The translations under genes were made by a program, and so were the position numbers. The notes beneath the pieces were generated by a model. It did no database searches. It worked only from the letters and a program-made list of their open reading frames with translations, and was not told the DNA's origin. DNA of 32,000 nucleotides from Mycolicibacterium smegmatis. GTDB lineage: Bacteria > Actinomycetota > Actinomycetes > Mycobacteriales > Mycobacteriaceae. Positions within the stretch are counted from its first letter, which is position 1, and the number at the start of each line of letters is the position of its first letter. Of the stretch, positions 1 through 9,591 are shown in pieces. The stretch is from positions 3,060,001 through 3,092,000 of the forward strand of contig NZ_LN831039.1 in the NCBI RefSeq assembly GCF_001457595.1. The letters are read 5' to 3'.

Positions 1-380
1 GCAGCGCCGACGTGTACTGCGCGCCGCACCTGGGCGGGGAGAGCTTCGGCATCGTGCTCGTGGAGGCGATGGCGGCCGGGACCGCGGTGGTGGCCAGCGA
101 CCTGGACGCATTCCGGCGCGTGCTTGCCGACGGCGACGCCGGGCGTCTGGTGCCCGTCGACGACGCCGAGGGCATGGCCGCCGCGCTCATCGAGATACTC
201 GAGGACGACCAGCTGCGCGCGGGCTATGTCGCGCGGGCGTCCGAGCGGGTCCACCGCTACGACTGGTCGGTGGTGTCCGCCCAGATCATGCGGGTGTACG
301 AGACGGTGTCAGGGGCGGGGATCAAGGTGCAGGTCAGTGGCGCGGCGAACCGTGACGAGACGGCCGGAGAATCGGTCTGA
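1..380 (+). CDS. pimA: Phosphatidylinositol alpha-mannosyltransferase, C-terminal part (GT4 glycosyltransferase), truncated by window start
   Basis: Frame open from the window edge; motif APHLGGESFGIVLVEAMAAGTAVVASDLDAF is typical of GT4 enzymes; position immediately upstream of NUDIX and pdxS matches mycobacterial gene order. Confidence 0.85.
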   Translation, partial: SADVYCAPHLGGESFGIVLVEAMAAGTAVVASDLDAFRRVLADGDAGRLVPVDDAEGMAAALIEILEDDQLRAGYVARASERVHRYDWSVVSAQIMRVYETVSGAGIKVQVSGAANRDETAGESV

Positions 381-1435
381 TGAGCCTGTGGATCGTCATC
401 ACCCTCGTCCTTGTTCTGGTCGTGGCCCTGGCGCTGCTGGGCGGGTGGGCATACCGGACCGCCAACCGGCTCGACCGGCTACACGTGCGGTACGACCTGT
501 CGTGGCAGGCCCTCGACGGTGCACTGGCGCGCCGTGCGGTGGTGGCGCGGGCCGTCGCGGCCGACGCCTACGGGGTCGGCCCGCAGGGCAAGCGGCTGGC
601 CGAACTGGCCGACGTGGCCGAGCATGCGCCGCGGTCGGCGCGTGAGGCCGCCGAGAACGAGCTCTCGGCCGCGCTGGCCGCGGTCGACCTCTCGGCGCTG
701 CCGGTGGCGCTGGTCGCCGAGCTCGCCGACGCCGAGGCGCGCGTGCTGCTGGCCCGGCGGTTCCACAACGACGCCGTGCGCGACACCCTTGCGCTCCGCG
801 AACGTCCCGCCGTGCGCATGCTGAAACTGGGTGGAAGGGCCGCGCTGCCAACGTATTTCGAGATCGCCGAGCGACCCGAGGCGCAGAGCGATGTGGGCTC
901 GCTGAGCCGTCGCACGTCTGCGCGCGTGGTGCTGCTCGACGAGACCGGGGCCGTGTTGCTGCTGCGCGGCAGCGATCCCGCACGCGAGGATCCCGACGTG
1001 CCCGCACCCCGGTGGTGGTTCACGGTGGGCGGCGCGGTGCAGAAAGGCGAGGACCTCGCCGAGACCGCGGCGCGCGAACTGTTCGAGGAGACCGGCCTGC
1101 GGATCGAGCCGTCGGCACTCGTCGGCCCCGTTTGGCGACGTGAGGAGATCATCGACTTCAACGCGTCGGTGGTGCGCAGCGAGGAGTTCTTCTTCGTCCA
1201 CCGCACGCAACGGTTCGAGCCTTCTGCGGTCGGGCGCACGGCCCTGGAGCGGCGCTACATTCACGGTCACCGGTGGTGCAATGCGACAATGATCGCCGAG
1301 TTGGTCGCCGGCGGCGAGGCCGTCTACCCGGTACAGCTCGGGGAGCGACTGGCCGAGGCCAACGACCTGGCCTCCGGGGACGCCCGGGTGCCAGCGCGGG
1401 AGAGCTCGCTCGGCGAGCTGCCCGCCATCCGCTGA
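380..1435 (+). CDS. Membrane-anchored NUDIX hydrolase with N-terminal LemA-like segment
   Basis: N-terminal transmembrane helix (LWIVITLVLVLVVALALLGGW); NUDIX box GAVQKGEDLAETAARELFEETGL; ATGA overlap with pimA stop. Confidence 0.85.
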   Translation: MSLWIVITLVLVLVVALALLGGWAYRTANRLDRLHVRYDLSWQALDGALARRAVVARAVAADAYGVGPQGKRLAELADVAEHAPRSAREAAENELSAALAAVDLSALPVALVAELADAEARVLLARRFHNDAVRDTLALRERPAVRMLKLGGRAALPTYFEIAERPEAQSDVGSLSRRTSARVVLLDETGAVLLLRGSDPAREDPDVPAPRWWFTVGGAVQKGEDLAETAARELFEETGLRIEPSALVGPVWRREEIIDFNASVVRSEEFFFVHRTQRFEPSAVGRTALERRYIHGHRWCNATMIAELVAGGEAVYPVQLGERLAEANDLASGDARVPARESSLGELPAIR

Positions 1436-1505
1436 GAGACCGATCTCTACGGATTTAATAGTTTTGAGAGCTCGATTACACTGATTCAGTAGCAATTCAG
1501 AGGAG

Positions 1506-2423
1506 ATGGCAGTGGAAACCGCGGCGCAAAACGGTTCGAGCAACCAGACCGGGACCGCGCGCGTGAAGCGCGGGATGGCCGAGATGCTCAAGGGCGGCGT
1601 GATCATGGACGTGGTCACCCCTGAGCAGGCGCGTATCGCCGAGGCCGCCGGTGCGGTCGCGGTGATGGCGCTGGAGCGCGTCCCCGCCGACATCCGCGCG
1701 CAGGGCGGGGTGTCGCGCATGAGCGATCCCGACATGATCGAGGGCATCATCGACGCCGTCACGATCCCGGTGATGGCCAAGGCCCGCATCGGACACTTCG
1801 TGGAGGCCCAGATCCTGCAGAGCCTCGGTGTGGACTACGTCGACGAGTCCGAGGTGCTCACGCCCGCCGACTACACCAACCACATCGACAAGTGGAAGTT
1901 CACCGTGCCGTTCGTGTGCGGTGCGACCAACCTGGGCGAGGCGCTGCGCCGCATCACCGAGGGTGCGGCGATGATCCGCTCCAAGGGCGAGGCCGGCACC
2001 GGCGACGTCTCGAACGCGACCACGCACATGCGCAAGATCGGCGGCGAGATCCGTCGGCTGACCTCGATGAGCGAGGACGAGCTCTATGTCGCGGCCAAGG
2101 AGTTGCAGGCGCCCTACGAGCTGGTGGTCGAGGTGGCCCGGGCAGGCAAGTTGCCGGTGACACTGTTCACCGCGGGTGGCATCGCCACCCCGGCTGACGC
2201 GGCGATGATGATGCAGCTCGGCGCCGAGGGGGTCTTCGTCGGGTCGGGCATCTTCAAATCGGGCAACCCCGAGCAGCGGGCCGCGGCGATCGTGAAGGCC
2301 ACCACGTTCTACGACGACCCGGACGTGCTGGCCAAGGTGTCGCGTGGTCTGGGTGAGGCCATGGTGGGTATCAACGTCGAGGAGATCGCCCAGCCGCACC
2401 GGCTCGCAGAACGCGGCTGGTAA
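1506..2423 (+). CDS. pdxS: Pyridoxal 5'-phosphate synthase lyase subunit PdxS
   Basis: Full-length highly conserved protein ([55 protein letters not shown]...). Confidence 0.97.
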   Translation: MAVETAAQNGSSNQTGTARVKRGMAEMLKGGVIMDVVTPEQARIAEAAGAVAVMALERVPADIRAQGGVSRMSDPDMIEGIIDAVTIPVMAKARIGHFVEAQILQSLGVDYVDESEVLTPADYTNHIDKWKFTVPFVCGATNLGEALRRITEGAAMIRSKGEAGTGDVSNATTHMRKIGGEIRRLTSMSEDELYVAAKELQAPYELVVEVARAGKLPVTLFTAGGIATPADAAMMMQLGAEGVFVGSGIFKSGNPEQRAAAIVKATTFYDDPDVLAKVSRGLGEAMVGINVEEIAQPHRLAERGW

Positions 2424-2432
2424 ACCACCTTC

Positions 2433-3284
2433 ATGGCGATCGAAGAGATCCTCGACCTGGAGCAGCTCGAGGTCAACATCTATCGCGGGAGGGTGTTCAG
2501 CCCCGAGTCCGGCTTTCTGCAGCGAACATTCGGCGGCCACGTCGCCGGACAGTCGCTGGTGTCCGCGGTGCGCACGGTCGCCCCCGAGTTCGAGGTGCAC
2601 TCGCTGCACGGCTACTTCCTGCGGCCCGGGGACGCCAGGGCGCCCGCCATCTACACCGTCGAGCGCATTCGCGACGGTGGGTCGTTCTGCACCCGCCGGG
2701 TGAGCGCCATCCAGCACGGCGAGACGATCTTCTCGATGTCGGCGTCGTTCCAGACCGACCAGTCCGGCATCGAGCACCAGGACGCCATGCCGCACGCGCC
2801 CGCCCCCGAGGAGTGCCCGGGCTTCCGGTCCGGTGGTGCGTTCGACGACGCAGGCTTCGCGCAGTTCGCCGAATGGGATGTGCGCATCGTGCCGCGCGAC
2901 CGCGTGCAGAAGATCCCGGGCAAGGCCTCACAGCAGCAGGTGTGGTTCCGCCACCGCGATCCGATGCCAGACGACCACGTGCTGCACATCTGCGCACTGG
3001 CCTACATGAGCGATCTGACCCTGCTCGGCTCGGCCCAGGTCAACCACCTCGACGTGCGCAAGCACCTGATGGTGGCGTCGCTCGATCACGCCATGTGGTT
3101 CATGCGGCCGTTCCGCGCCGACGAATGGCTGCTCTACGACCAGACGTCGCCCTCGGCCTGCGGTGGGCGGGCGCTGACGCAGGGCCGGATCTTCAACCAG
3201 TACGGCGAACTGGTGGCGGCTGTCATGCAGGAAGGCCTGACCCGCTACAAGCGCGACTTCACGCCCCCCGAGGAGAACTCATGA
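2433..3284 (+). CDS. tesB: Acyl-CoA thioesterase II (TesB family)
   Basis: Double-hotdog TesB signature ([51 protein letters not shown]); sits between pdxS and pdxT. Confidence 0.92.
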   Translation: MAIEEILDLEQLEVNIYRGRVFSPESGFLQRTFGGHVAGQSLVSAVRTVAPEFEVHSLHGYFLRPGDARAPAIYTVERIRDGGSFCTRRVSAIQHGETIFSMSASFQTDQSGIEHQDAMPHAPAPEECPGFRSGGAFDDAGFAQFAEWDVRIVPRDRVQKIPGKASQQQVWFRHRDPMPDDHVLHICALAYMSDLTLLGSAQVNHLDVRKHLMVASLDHAMWFMRPFRADEWLLYDQTSPSACGGRALTQGRIFNQYGELVAAVMQEGLTRYKRDFTPPEENS

Positions 3285-3862
3285 CCGCCCATGTGGGCGT
3301 GCTCGCATTGCAGGGAGACACCCGCGAACACCTGGCCGCGCTGCGCGAGGCAGGCGCCGAGGCGTCGACCGTGCGGCGCCTGTCCGAACTGGCGGCCGTC
3401 GACGCGCTGGTGATCCCCGGCGGGGAATCGACCGCGATCAGCCACCTGCTGCGCGAGTTCGACCTGCTCGAGCCGTTGCGCGCGCGCATCGCCGAAGGCA
3501 TGCCGTGCTACGGATCGTGCGCGGGAATGATCCTGCTGGCCACCGAGATCGCCGACGCGGGTGTGCCCGGCCGCGCAGCGGTGCCGCTCAAGGGCATCGA
3601 CATGACCGTGCGCCGCAACGCATTCGGCCGTCAGGTCGACTCGTTCGAGGGCGACATCGACTTCGTCGGGCTCGACACACCCGTGCATGCGGTGTTCATC
3701 CGGGCGCCGTGGGTCGAGCGCGTCGGCCCGGACGTCGAGGTGCTCGCGCGGGCCGACGACCACATCGTCGCGGTGCGTCAGGGCCCGATGTTCGCGACCG
3801 CGTTCCACCCCGAGGTGACCGGCGACCGGCGCATCCACAAGCTGTTCGTGGACTCGCTGTAG
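3281..3862 (+). CDS. pdxT: Pyridoxal 5'-phosphate synthase glutaminase subunit PdxT
   Basis: [33 protein letters not shown] nucleophile Cys motif, FHPEVTGD; ATG at 3281 overlaps the thioesterase stop. Confidence 0.96.
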   Translation: MTAHVGVLALQGDTREHLAALREAGAEASTVRRLSELAAVDALVIPGGESTAISHLLREFDLLEPLRARIAEGMPCYGSCAGMILLATEIADAGVPGRAAVPLKGIDMTVRRNAFGRQVDSFEGDIDFVGLDTPVHAVFIRAPWVERVGPDVEVLARADDHIVAVRQGPMFATAFHPEVTGDRRIHKLFVDSL

Positions 3863-4030
3863 TTCGTCGCGTCGAGAACGACGAGAACGTCGTCTCACGC
3901 GCCTCGCGGCGACGATTGCGTCGGTTTCGGCGGTGTCCGGCGCCGGCACGATGCCCGGCCGGTGCGGCCGGGTCGACGGCCCACGTAAACTGGACCGTCG
4001 GAGTTCGACCAGGAAAGAGGGCGTACCTGC

Positions 4031-4786
4031 ATGAGCGGCCATTCCAAGTGGGCCACCACCAAGCACAAGAAGGCCGTCATCGATGCCAAGCGCGGCAAGA
4101 TGTTCGCCAAGCTGATCAAGAACATCGAGGTTGCTGCGCGCGTCGGCGGCGGTGATCCGGCCGGTAACCCGACGCTGTACGACGCCATCCAGAAGGCCAA
4201 GAAGAGCTCGGTGCCCAACGACAACATCGAGCGGGCCCGCAAGCGTGGCGCCGGTGAGGAAGCGGGCGGCGCCGACTGGCAGAACATCACGTACGAGGGT
4301 TACGGCCCCAACGGTGTCGCGGTGCTCGTCGAGTGCCTCACCGACAACCGCAACCGCGCCGCGGGCGAGGTCCGCGTCGCGATGACCCGCAACGGCGGCA
4401 ACATGGCCGACCCGGGTTCGGTGGCCTACCTGTTCTCCCGCAAGGGCGTGGTGACCCTGGAGAAGAACGGCCTGACCGAGGACGACGTCCTGCTGGCGGT
4501 GCTCGAGGCCGGCGCCGAAGAGGTCAACGACCTCGGCGACTCGTTCGAGATCATCTCCGAGCCGTCCGACCTGGTCGCGGTGCGCACCGCGCTGCAGGAG
4601 GCCGGTATCGACTACGACTCGGCCGACGCCAGCTTCCAGCCGTCGGTGACCGTGCCGGTCGATCTCGAAGGCGCCCGCAAGGTGCTCAAGCTCGTCGACG
4701 CGCTCGAAGACAGCGACGACGTCCAGGACGTCTACACCAACATGGACATCCCCGACGACGTCGCCGCCCAGCTCGACGAGGAGTAG
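4031..4786 (+). CDS. YebC/PmpR family transcriptional/translational regulator
   Basis: [37 protein letters not shown] signature; full-length 251 aa. Confidence 0.96.
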   Translation: MSGHSKWATTKHKKAVIDAKRGKMFAKLIKNIEVAARVGGGDPAGNPTLYDAIQKAKKSSVPNDNIERARKRGAGEEAGGADWQNITYEGYGPNGVAVLVECLTDNRNRAAGEVRVAMTRNGGNMADPGSVAYLFSRKGVVTLEKNGLTEDDVLLAVLEAGAEEVNDLGDSFEIISEPSDLVAVRTALQEAGIDYDSADASFQPSVTVPVDLEGARKVLKLVDALEDSDDVQDVYTNMDIPDDVAAQLDEE

Positions 4787-4789
4787 CCG

Positions 4790-5458
4790 CTAGACCAGCG
4801 CGTCGGCGATCGGGGTGTCACCCGAGATCAGCTCGAACGTGCGGCCCGCGGTCTGCGGTGCGTCCAGCACCGCCACCAGCACCCGGGCGACGTCCTCACG
4901 CGGCACCGTGCCGCGCCCGGTGGACTCGGCGATGCGCACCAGGCCCGTGCCCGCGTCGTTCGTGAGGCCGCCGGGACGCACGATCGTGGTCCGTAAACCG
5001 CTGCGTGCCCGCACGTTCGCATCGGCCTCCGACTTGGCCTGCATGTACACGCGGAACACCTCGTCGTAGCTCTCGTCGAGCGAGCGGTCGTCGGCCGCGA
5101 GCGCCGACACCATCACGTACCGGTCCACACCGGCGGCCTCGGCGGCGTCGGCCAGCAGGATCGCCGCGTCACGGTCGACGGTCTGCTTGCGTGCCGCGCC
5201 GCTACCCGGCCCCGCACCCGCGGCGAACACCACGGCGTCGGCGCCACGTACCGCGCCGGCCACCTCGTCGACCGTGGCCTTCTCCAGATCGAGCACGATC
5301 GGCTCGGCGCCCGCGGCCTTCACGTCGGCCGTGTGGTCCGGGTTGCGGATCAGGCCCGCCACCGAGTCGCCGCGATCGGCCAGCAGTCGTTCCAGGATGA
5401 GCGCGATCTTTCCGTGCCCACCCGCGATCACCACGCGCAACTTCCTACCTCCTGTCAT
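4790..5458 (-). CDS. NAD(P)-binding SDR-like epimerase/reductase
   Basis: N-terminal Rossmann motif VVIAGGHGKIALILERLLADRGDSVAGLIRNP; RPGGLTNDAGTG; convergent with yebC with only 3 nt between. Confidence 0.85.
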   Translation of the reverse strand: MTGGRKLRVVIAGGHGKIALILERLLADRGDSVAGLIRNPDHTADVKAAGAEPIVLDLEKATVDEVAGAVRGADAVVFAAGAGPGSGAARKQTVDRDAAILLADAAEAAGVDRYVMVSALAADDRSLDESYDEVFRVYMQAKSEADANVRARSGLRTTIVRPGGLTNDAGTGLVRIAESTGRGTVPREDVARVLVAVLDAPQTAGRTFELISGDTPIADALV

Positions 5459-5464
5459 GTGCCG

Positions 5465-5896
5465 TCAGACGGCGAAGACCTGCGAATCATCGGCGAACGC
5501 CTTGAACTCCAGGGCGTTGCCTGCCGGGTCGAGCAGGAACATCGTCCACTGCTCACCCGTCTCGCCCTCGAACCGCACGTACGGTTCGATGACGAATGTG
5601 GCCCCGGCGGTGCGTAGCCGGTCGGCCAAGGCGTGAAACGCGTCCACGGTGAGAATCAATCCGAAGTGCGGCACCGGCACGTCGTGCCCGTCGACCGGGT
5701 TGTGCACCTGCCGCGCCCGCTCCGGCGCCAGATGGGTGACCACCTGATGCCCGTGCAGGTTCCAGTCGATCCACCGCTCGGAGCTTCGGCCCTGCGGCAG
5801 TCCGAGGACCTCGCCGTAGAAGTGCCTCGCGGCGTCGAGGTCGTCGACGGGCATGGCCAGATGGAAACGGGGGATGGGGGAGTCCAGAACGGTCAC
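5465..5896 (-). CDS. VOC (glyoxalase/bleomycin resistance) family protein
   Basis: [45 protein letters not shown]...[15 protein letters not shown]. Confidence 0.9.
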   Translation of the reverse strand: MTVLDSPIPRFHLAMPVDDLDAARHFYGEVLGLPQGRSSERWIDWNLHGHQVVTHLAPERARQVHNPVDGHDVPVPHFGLILTVDAFHALADRLRTAGATFVIEPYVRFEGETGEQWTMFLLDPAGNALEFKAFADDSQVFAV

Positions 5897-6017
5897 CGGT
5901 CACCTTTCACGCGTCTTCGTGCCTCGATCCTGGTTCCGACACTACGTTTGTCGTTTGTCGCGTGGCAGATCCGCTTCGACGCCTCGCCTTCGCTGTCGAG
6001 CGTGTCCCTGCCCGGGG

Positions 6018-6040
6018 CTGACGGTGCGGCACGCTAGGCT
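6018..6040 (+). promoter_or_regulatory. Candidate RecA-NDp/PafBC-type DNA-damage promoter upstream of ruvC
   Basis: CTGACGGTG-8 nt-TAGGCT compared with the published mycobacterial pattern TTGTCRGTG-N8-TAnnnT; 7/9 in the first element, correct spacer, matching -10. Confidence 0.55.
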
Positions 6041-6041
6041 C

Positions 6042-6057
6042 TCGAACAGATGTTCTG
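6042..6057 (+). promoter_or_regulatory. Candidate LexA (SOS) box upstream of ruvC
   Basis: TCGAAC-AGAT-GTTCTG, perfect GAAC-N4-GTTC core, 10/12 to TCGAAC-N4-GTTCGA; 15 bp before the ruvC GTG. Confidence 0.7.
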
Positions 6058-6071
6058 ACGAAGGGGTTCGC

Positions 6072-6629
6072 GTGCGGGTGATGGGAGTCGATCCCGGACT
6101 GACGCGCTGTGGTCTGTCGATGATCGAGAGCGGCAAGGGCAGACAGGTCATCGCGCTGGACGTGGACGTGGTGCGCACGCCCGCCGACACGCCGCTGCAG
6201 AAACGCCTGCTGACCATCAGCGACGCGGCCGAACACTGGATGGACACCCACCGTCCCGACGTGATCGCGATCGAGCGGGTGTTCGCCAACCAGAACGCCA
6301 ACACCGCGATGGGCACCGCGCAGGCCGGCGGCGTGATCGCGCTGGCGGCGGCCAAGCGCGACATCGAGGTGCACTTCCACACGCCGTCGGAGGTCAAGGC
6401 CGCGGTCACCGGAAGCGGCCGCGCCGACAAGTCCCAGGTCACCGAGATGGTCACCAGAATCCTTGCGCTGCAGGCCAAACCGACACCCGCCGACGCCGCC
6501 GACGCGCTCGCGCTCGCGATCTGTCACTGCTGGCGGGCGCCGATGATCGCACGGATGGCCGCGGCCGAGGCGATGGCCGAGGAGCAGCGGCGCAAGTTCC
6601 AGGCGAAGATCAAGGCGGCCCGCGGATGA
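6072..6629 (+). CDS. ruvC: Crossover junction endodeoxyribonuclease RuvC
   Basis: [19 protein letters not shown]...[18 protein letters not shown]; GTG start at 6072 chosen over the longer ORF. Confidence 0.95.
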   Translation: MRVMGVDPGLTRCGLSMIESGKGRQVIALDVDVVRTPADTPLQKRLLTISDAAEHWMDTHRPDVIAIERVFANQNANTAMGTAQAGGVIALAAAKRDIEVHFHTPSEVKAAVTGSGRADKSQVTEMVTRILALQAKPTPADAADALALAICHCWRAPMIARMAAAEAMAEEQRRKFQAKIKAARG

Positions 6630-7213
6630 TCGCGTCGGTCCGCGGTGAGGTCATCGACATCGCGCTCGACCACGCCGTGATCGAGGCGGCAGGCGTGGGC
6701 TACAAGGTCATGGCCACCCCGTCGACGCTCGCGACGCTGCGGCGCGGCACCGAGGCCCGGCTCATCACCGCGATGATCGTGCGCGAGGACTCGATGACGC
6801 TGTACGGGTTCGTCGACGGCGACGCGCGGGATCTGTTCCTCACACTGCTCGGGGTGTCCGGGGTCGGGCCGAAGATCGCGCTGGCCACACTGGCCGTGTA
6901 CGACCCGCAGGCGCTGCGGCAGGCGCTGGCCGATGGTGACGTCACCGCGCTGACCCGCGTGCCCGGTATCGGCAAGCGCGGCGCCGAGCGCATGGTGCTC
7001 GAACTGCGCGACAAGATCGGACCCGTCAGCGCGGGCGGGGGCGCAGCGGTCGGCGGACACGCGATACGCGGACCGGTGGTGGAAGCCCTTGTGGGTCTGG
7101 GCTTCGCCGCCAAGCAGGCCGAGGAGGCCACCGACAAGGTGCTGGCCAACGACCCCGAGGCCACCACGTCGTCCGCGCTGCGCGCGGCGCTGTCCATGTT
7201 GGGTAAGAAGTAA
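6626..7213 (+). CDS. ruvA: Holliday junction branch migration protein RuvA
   Basis: [28 protein letters not shown]...[16 protein letters not shown]; 4-nt overlap with ruvC. Confidence 0.96.
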   Translation: MIASVRGEVIDIALDHAVIEAAGVGYKVMATPSTLATLRRGTEARLITAMIVREDSMTLYGFVDGDARDLFLTLLGVSGVGPKIALATLAVYDPQALRQALADGDVTALTRVPGIGKRGAERMVLELRDKIGPVSAGGGAAVGGHAIRGPVVEALVGLGFAAKQAEEATDKVLANDPEATTSSALRAALSMLGKK

Positions 7214-7215
7214 CC

Positions 7216-8271
7216 ATGGGCCGGTTCGAGGACGACGCCGAGGTCGAGGACCGCGAGGTGTCCCCAGCGCTCACCGTCGGCGAGGGCGACATCGACGCGA
7301 GCCTGCGCCCGCGGTCGCTGGGGGAGTTCATCGGGCAGCCCCGCGTGCGCGAACAGTTGCAACTCGTGCTTGAGGGCGCCAAGAAACGCGGCGGCACGCC
7401 GGATCACATCCTGCTGTCGGGTCCACCGGGCCTCGGCAAGACCTCGCTGGCGATGATCATCGCGGCCGAACTCGGCTCGTCGTTGCGCGTCACGTCAGGC
7501 CCTGCGCTGGAACGCGCCGGTGACCTCGCGGCCATGCTGTCCAACCTCGTCGAACACGACGTGCTGTTCATCGACGAGATCCACCGCATCGCGCGGCCCG
7601 CCGAGGAGATGCTCTACCTCGCGATGGAGGATTTCCGCGTCGACGTCGTGGTCGGCAAAGGCCCTGGGGCGACATCGATTCCGCTCGAGGTCGCACCGTT
7701 CACGCTGGTCGGGGCCACCACCCGCTCGGGCGCGCTGACCGGACCGCTGCGCGACCGCTTCGGCTTCACCGCGCACATGGACTTCTACGAGCCGGTCGAA
7801 CTCGAACGCGTGCTGGCGCGTTCGGCCGGGATCCTCGGCATCGAACTCGGGGCCGAGGCCGGCGCCGAGATCGCCCGGCGCTCGCGCGGCACGCCACGCA
7901 TCGCCAACCGGTTGCTGCGCCGCGTACGCGACTTCGCCGAGGTGCGTGCCGACGGCATCATCACCCGCGACATCGCGAAGTCCGCACTCGAGGTCTACGA
8001 CGTCGACGAGCTCGGTCTCGACCGCCTCGACCGTGCGGTGCTCTCGGCACTGACCCGCAGCTTCAACGGCGGGCCGGTGGGCGTCTCGACGCTGGCCGTG
8101 GCGGTCGGTGAGGAGGCCACCACGGTCGAAGAGGTGTGTGAACCGTTCCTGGTGCGCGCCGGCATGATCGCCCGCACACCGCGCGGACGGGTCGCCACGC
8201 CACTGGCATGGACCCATCTGGGCTTGCAGCCACCGGTCACAGGGATCGGTCAGGCCGGACTGTTTGACTGA
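7216..8271 (+). CDS. ruvB: Holliday junction branch migration helicase RuvB
   Basis: Walker [17 protein letters not shown] Walker [23 protein letters not shown]. Confidence 0.97.
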   Translation: MGRFEDDAEVEDREVSPALTVGEGDIDASLRPRSLGEFIGQPRVREQLQLVLEGAKKRGGTPDHILLSGPPGLGKTSLAMIIAAELGSSLRVTSGPALERAGDLAAMLSNLVEHDVLFIDEIHRIARPAEEMLYLAMEDFRVDVVVGKGPGATSIPLEVAPFTLVGATTRSGALTGPLRDRFGFTAHMDFYEPVELERVLARSAGILGIELGAEAGAEIARRSRGTPRIANRLLRRVRDFAEVRADGIITRDIAKSALEVYDVDELGLDRLDRAVLSALTRSFNGGPVGVSTLAVAVGEEATTVEEVCEPFLVRAGMIARTPRGRVATPLAWTHLGLQPPVTGIGQAGLFD

Positions 8272-8275
8272 CGCC

Positions 8276-8662
8276 ATGACCGTCGCCGGGTTGGTGTTCG
8301 CCGCGCTCGCCGCGGTACTGCATGTCTACATCTTCGTCATGGAGTCGCTGACCTGGACGTCGGCGCGTACACGCGCGACCTTCGGCACCACCGCCGAAGA
8401 GGCCGAGGCCACCAAGAAACTCGCGTACAACCAGGGCTTCTACAACCTGTTCCTGGCGATCGTCACGGCCGTCGGCATCGGGTCGATCGTGTTGGGGCAC
8501 AACGCAGTCGGTGTGGCCCTGGTACTCGCGGGCGTCGGGTCGATGCTCGCGGCGGCCCTGGTGCTGCTGGTCAGTTCGCCTGACAAGGCGCGGGCCGCCC
8601 TCACACAGGGTGCCTTTCCGTTGCTCGCCGTCGTGTTCGTGGTGCTCGGCCTTCTGCTCTGA
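8276..8662 (+). CDS. DUF1304-like small membrane protein
   Basis: About 128 aa with several hydrophobic segments; HVYIFVMESLTW and NQGFYNLFLAI motifs of DUF1304 proteins; ATG at 8276. Confidence 0.75.
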   Translation: MTVAGLVFAALAAVLHVYIFVMESLTWTSARTRATFGTTAEEAEATKKLAYNQGFYNLFLAIVTAVGIGSIVLGHNAVGVALVLAGVGSMLAAALVLLVSSPDKARAALTQGAFPLLAVVFVVLGLLL

Positions 8663-8698
8663 TCCCGACCGGATTGCCGCCATCCGGCCCGGCCACCT

Positions 8699-8718
8699 TT
8701 GATATCAAACGTTTGACC
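8699..8718 (+). promoter_or_regulatory. LacI-type operator (TCAAACGTTTGA palindrome) overlapping a candidate -35
   Basis: TTGATATCAAACGTTTGACC; perfect 12-bp palindrome at 8705-8716; candidate promoter TTGACC (8713-8718)-18 nt-TAGCTT (8737-8742); upstream of the catabolic cluster. Confidence 0.65.
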
Positions 8719-8802
8719 CTGTTTTTCGCTCGTTGGTAGCTTGCGCCACAGAGAGTTTTTCGCCTTCTACGCATCACATTCGACGCGGAATTGGAGTCTT
8801 CG

Positions 8803-9591
8803 ATGACCCGGTTCATCGACATCTCGATGTCTTTGGAGAACGACGTCCCGGCAGATCCGCCTGGTTACGAGTTCTCCATCGAGTACACCAGCCACCAGGA
8901 CACGCTGCCGATGCTGCAGCGTCGCTACGACGGACTGCAGCCCGAAGAGCTGCCGAACGCCGAGGCCTTCGCGCTGGAAACCGTTCACCTGTCGACACAC
9001 AACGGCACGCACGTCGACGCGCCCTGGCACTACTCGTCGATGATGGAGGACGGCAGCCGTCCGCGCACCATCGACGAGATGCCGCTGGACTGGTTCCTGC
9101 GTCCCGCGGTCAAGCTCGACTTCCGGCATCTCGACGACGGTTACGTCGCCACCGCGGCCGACGTCCAAGGCGAACTCAAGCGCATCGGCTACACGCTGCG
9201 GCCACTGGACATCGTGGTGGTCAACACCTCGGCGGGCGCGAAGTTCGGCACGCCGGAGTACCCGCAGAGCGGCTGCGGTCTGGGCCGCGAGGCAACCCTG
9301 TGGCTGTGCGACCAGGGGGTGCGTGTGGTGGGCACCGATGCGTGGAGTTGGGACGCGCCGTTCTCCTACGTCGCCGAACGGTATGCCCGTGACCGCGACG
9401 CCTCGATCATCTGGGAGGGCCACAAGGCCGGCAGGCGCACCGAGTACTGCCAGATCGAAAAACTGCGCCACCTCGACCAATTACCCGATCACGGATTCAC
9501 CATCGCCTGCTTCCCGGTGAAGATCCACGCGGCCTCTGCGGGCTGGACCCGCGCCGTGGCCATGATCGACGACACGAACGGAGCCAACTGA
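8803..9591 (+). CDS. Cyclase family (kynurenine formamidase/isatin hydrolase superfamily) metal-dependent hydrolase
   Basis: Metal-binding motif LSTHNGTHVDAPWHY and overall cyclase-family layout; ATG at 8803. Confidence 0.85.
   Translation: MTRFIDISMSLENDVPADPPGYEFSIEYTSHQDTLPMLQRRYDGLQPEELPNAEAFALETVHLSTHNGTHVDAPWHYSSMMEDGSRPRTIDEMPLDWFLRPAVKLDFRHLDDGYVATAADVQGELKRIGYTLRPLDIVVVNTSAGAKFGTPEYPQSGCGLGREATLWLCDQGVRVVGTDAWSWDAPFSYVAERYARDRDASIIWEGHKAGRRTEYCQIEKLRHLDQLPDHGFTIACFPVKIHAASAGWTRAVAMIDDTNGAN

Noticed and set aside
1497-2795. 432-aa minus-strand ORF opposite pdxS
   Set aside because: Antisense shadow of a highly conserved gene; His/Asp/Arg-rich without domain.
3874-3896. Possible terminator GAGAACGACG-AGAA-CGTCGTCTC after pdxT
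   Set aside because: Stem contains a bulge and is modest for this GC content; not listed as a feature.
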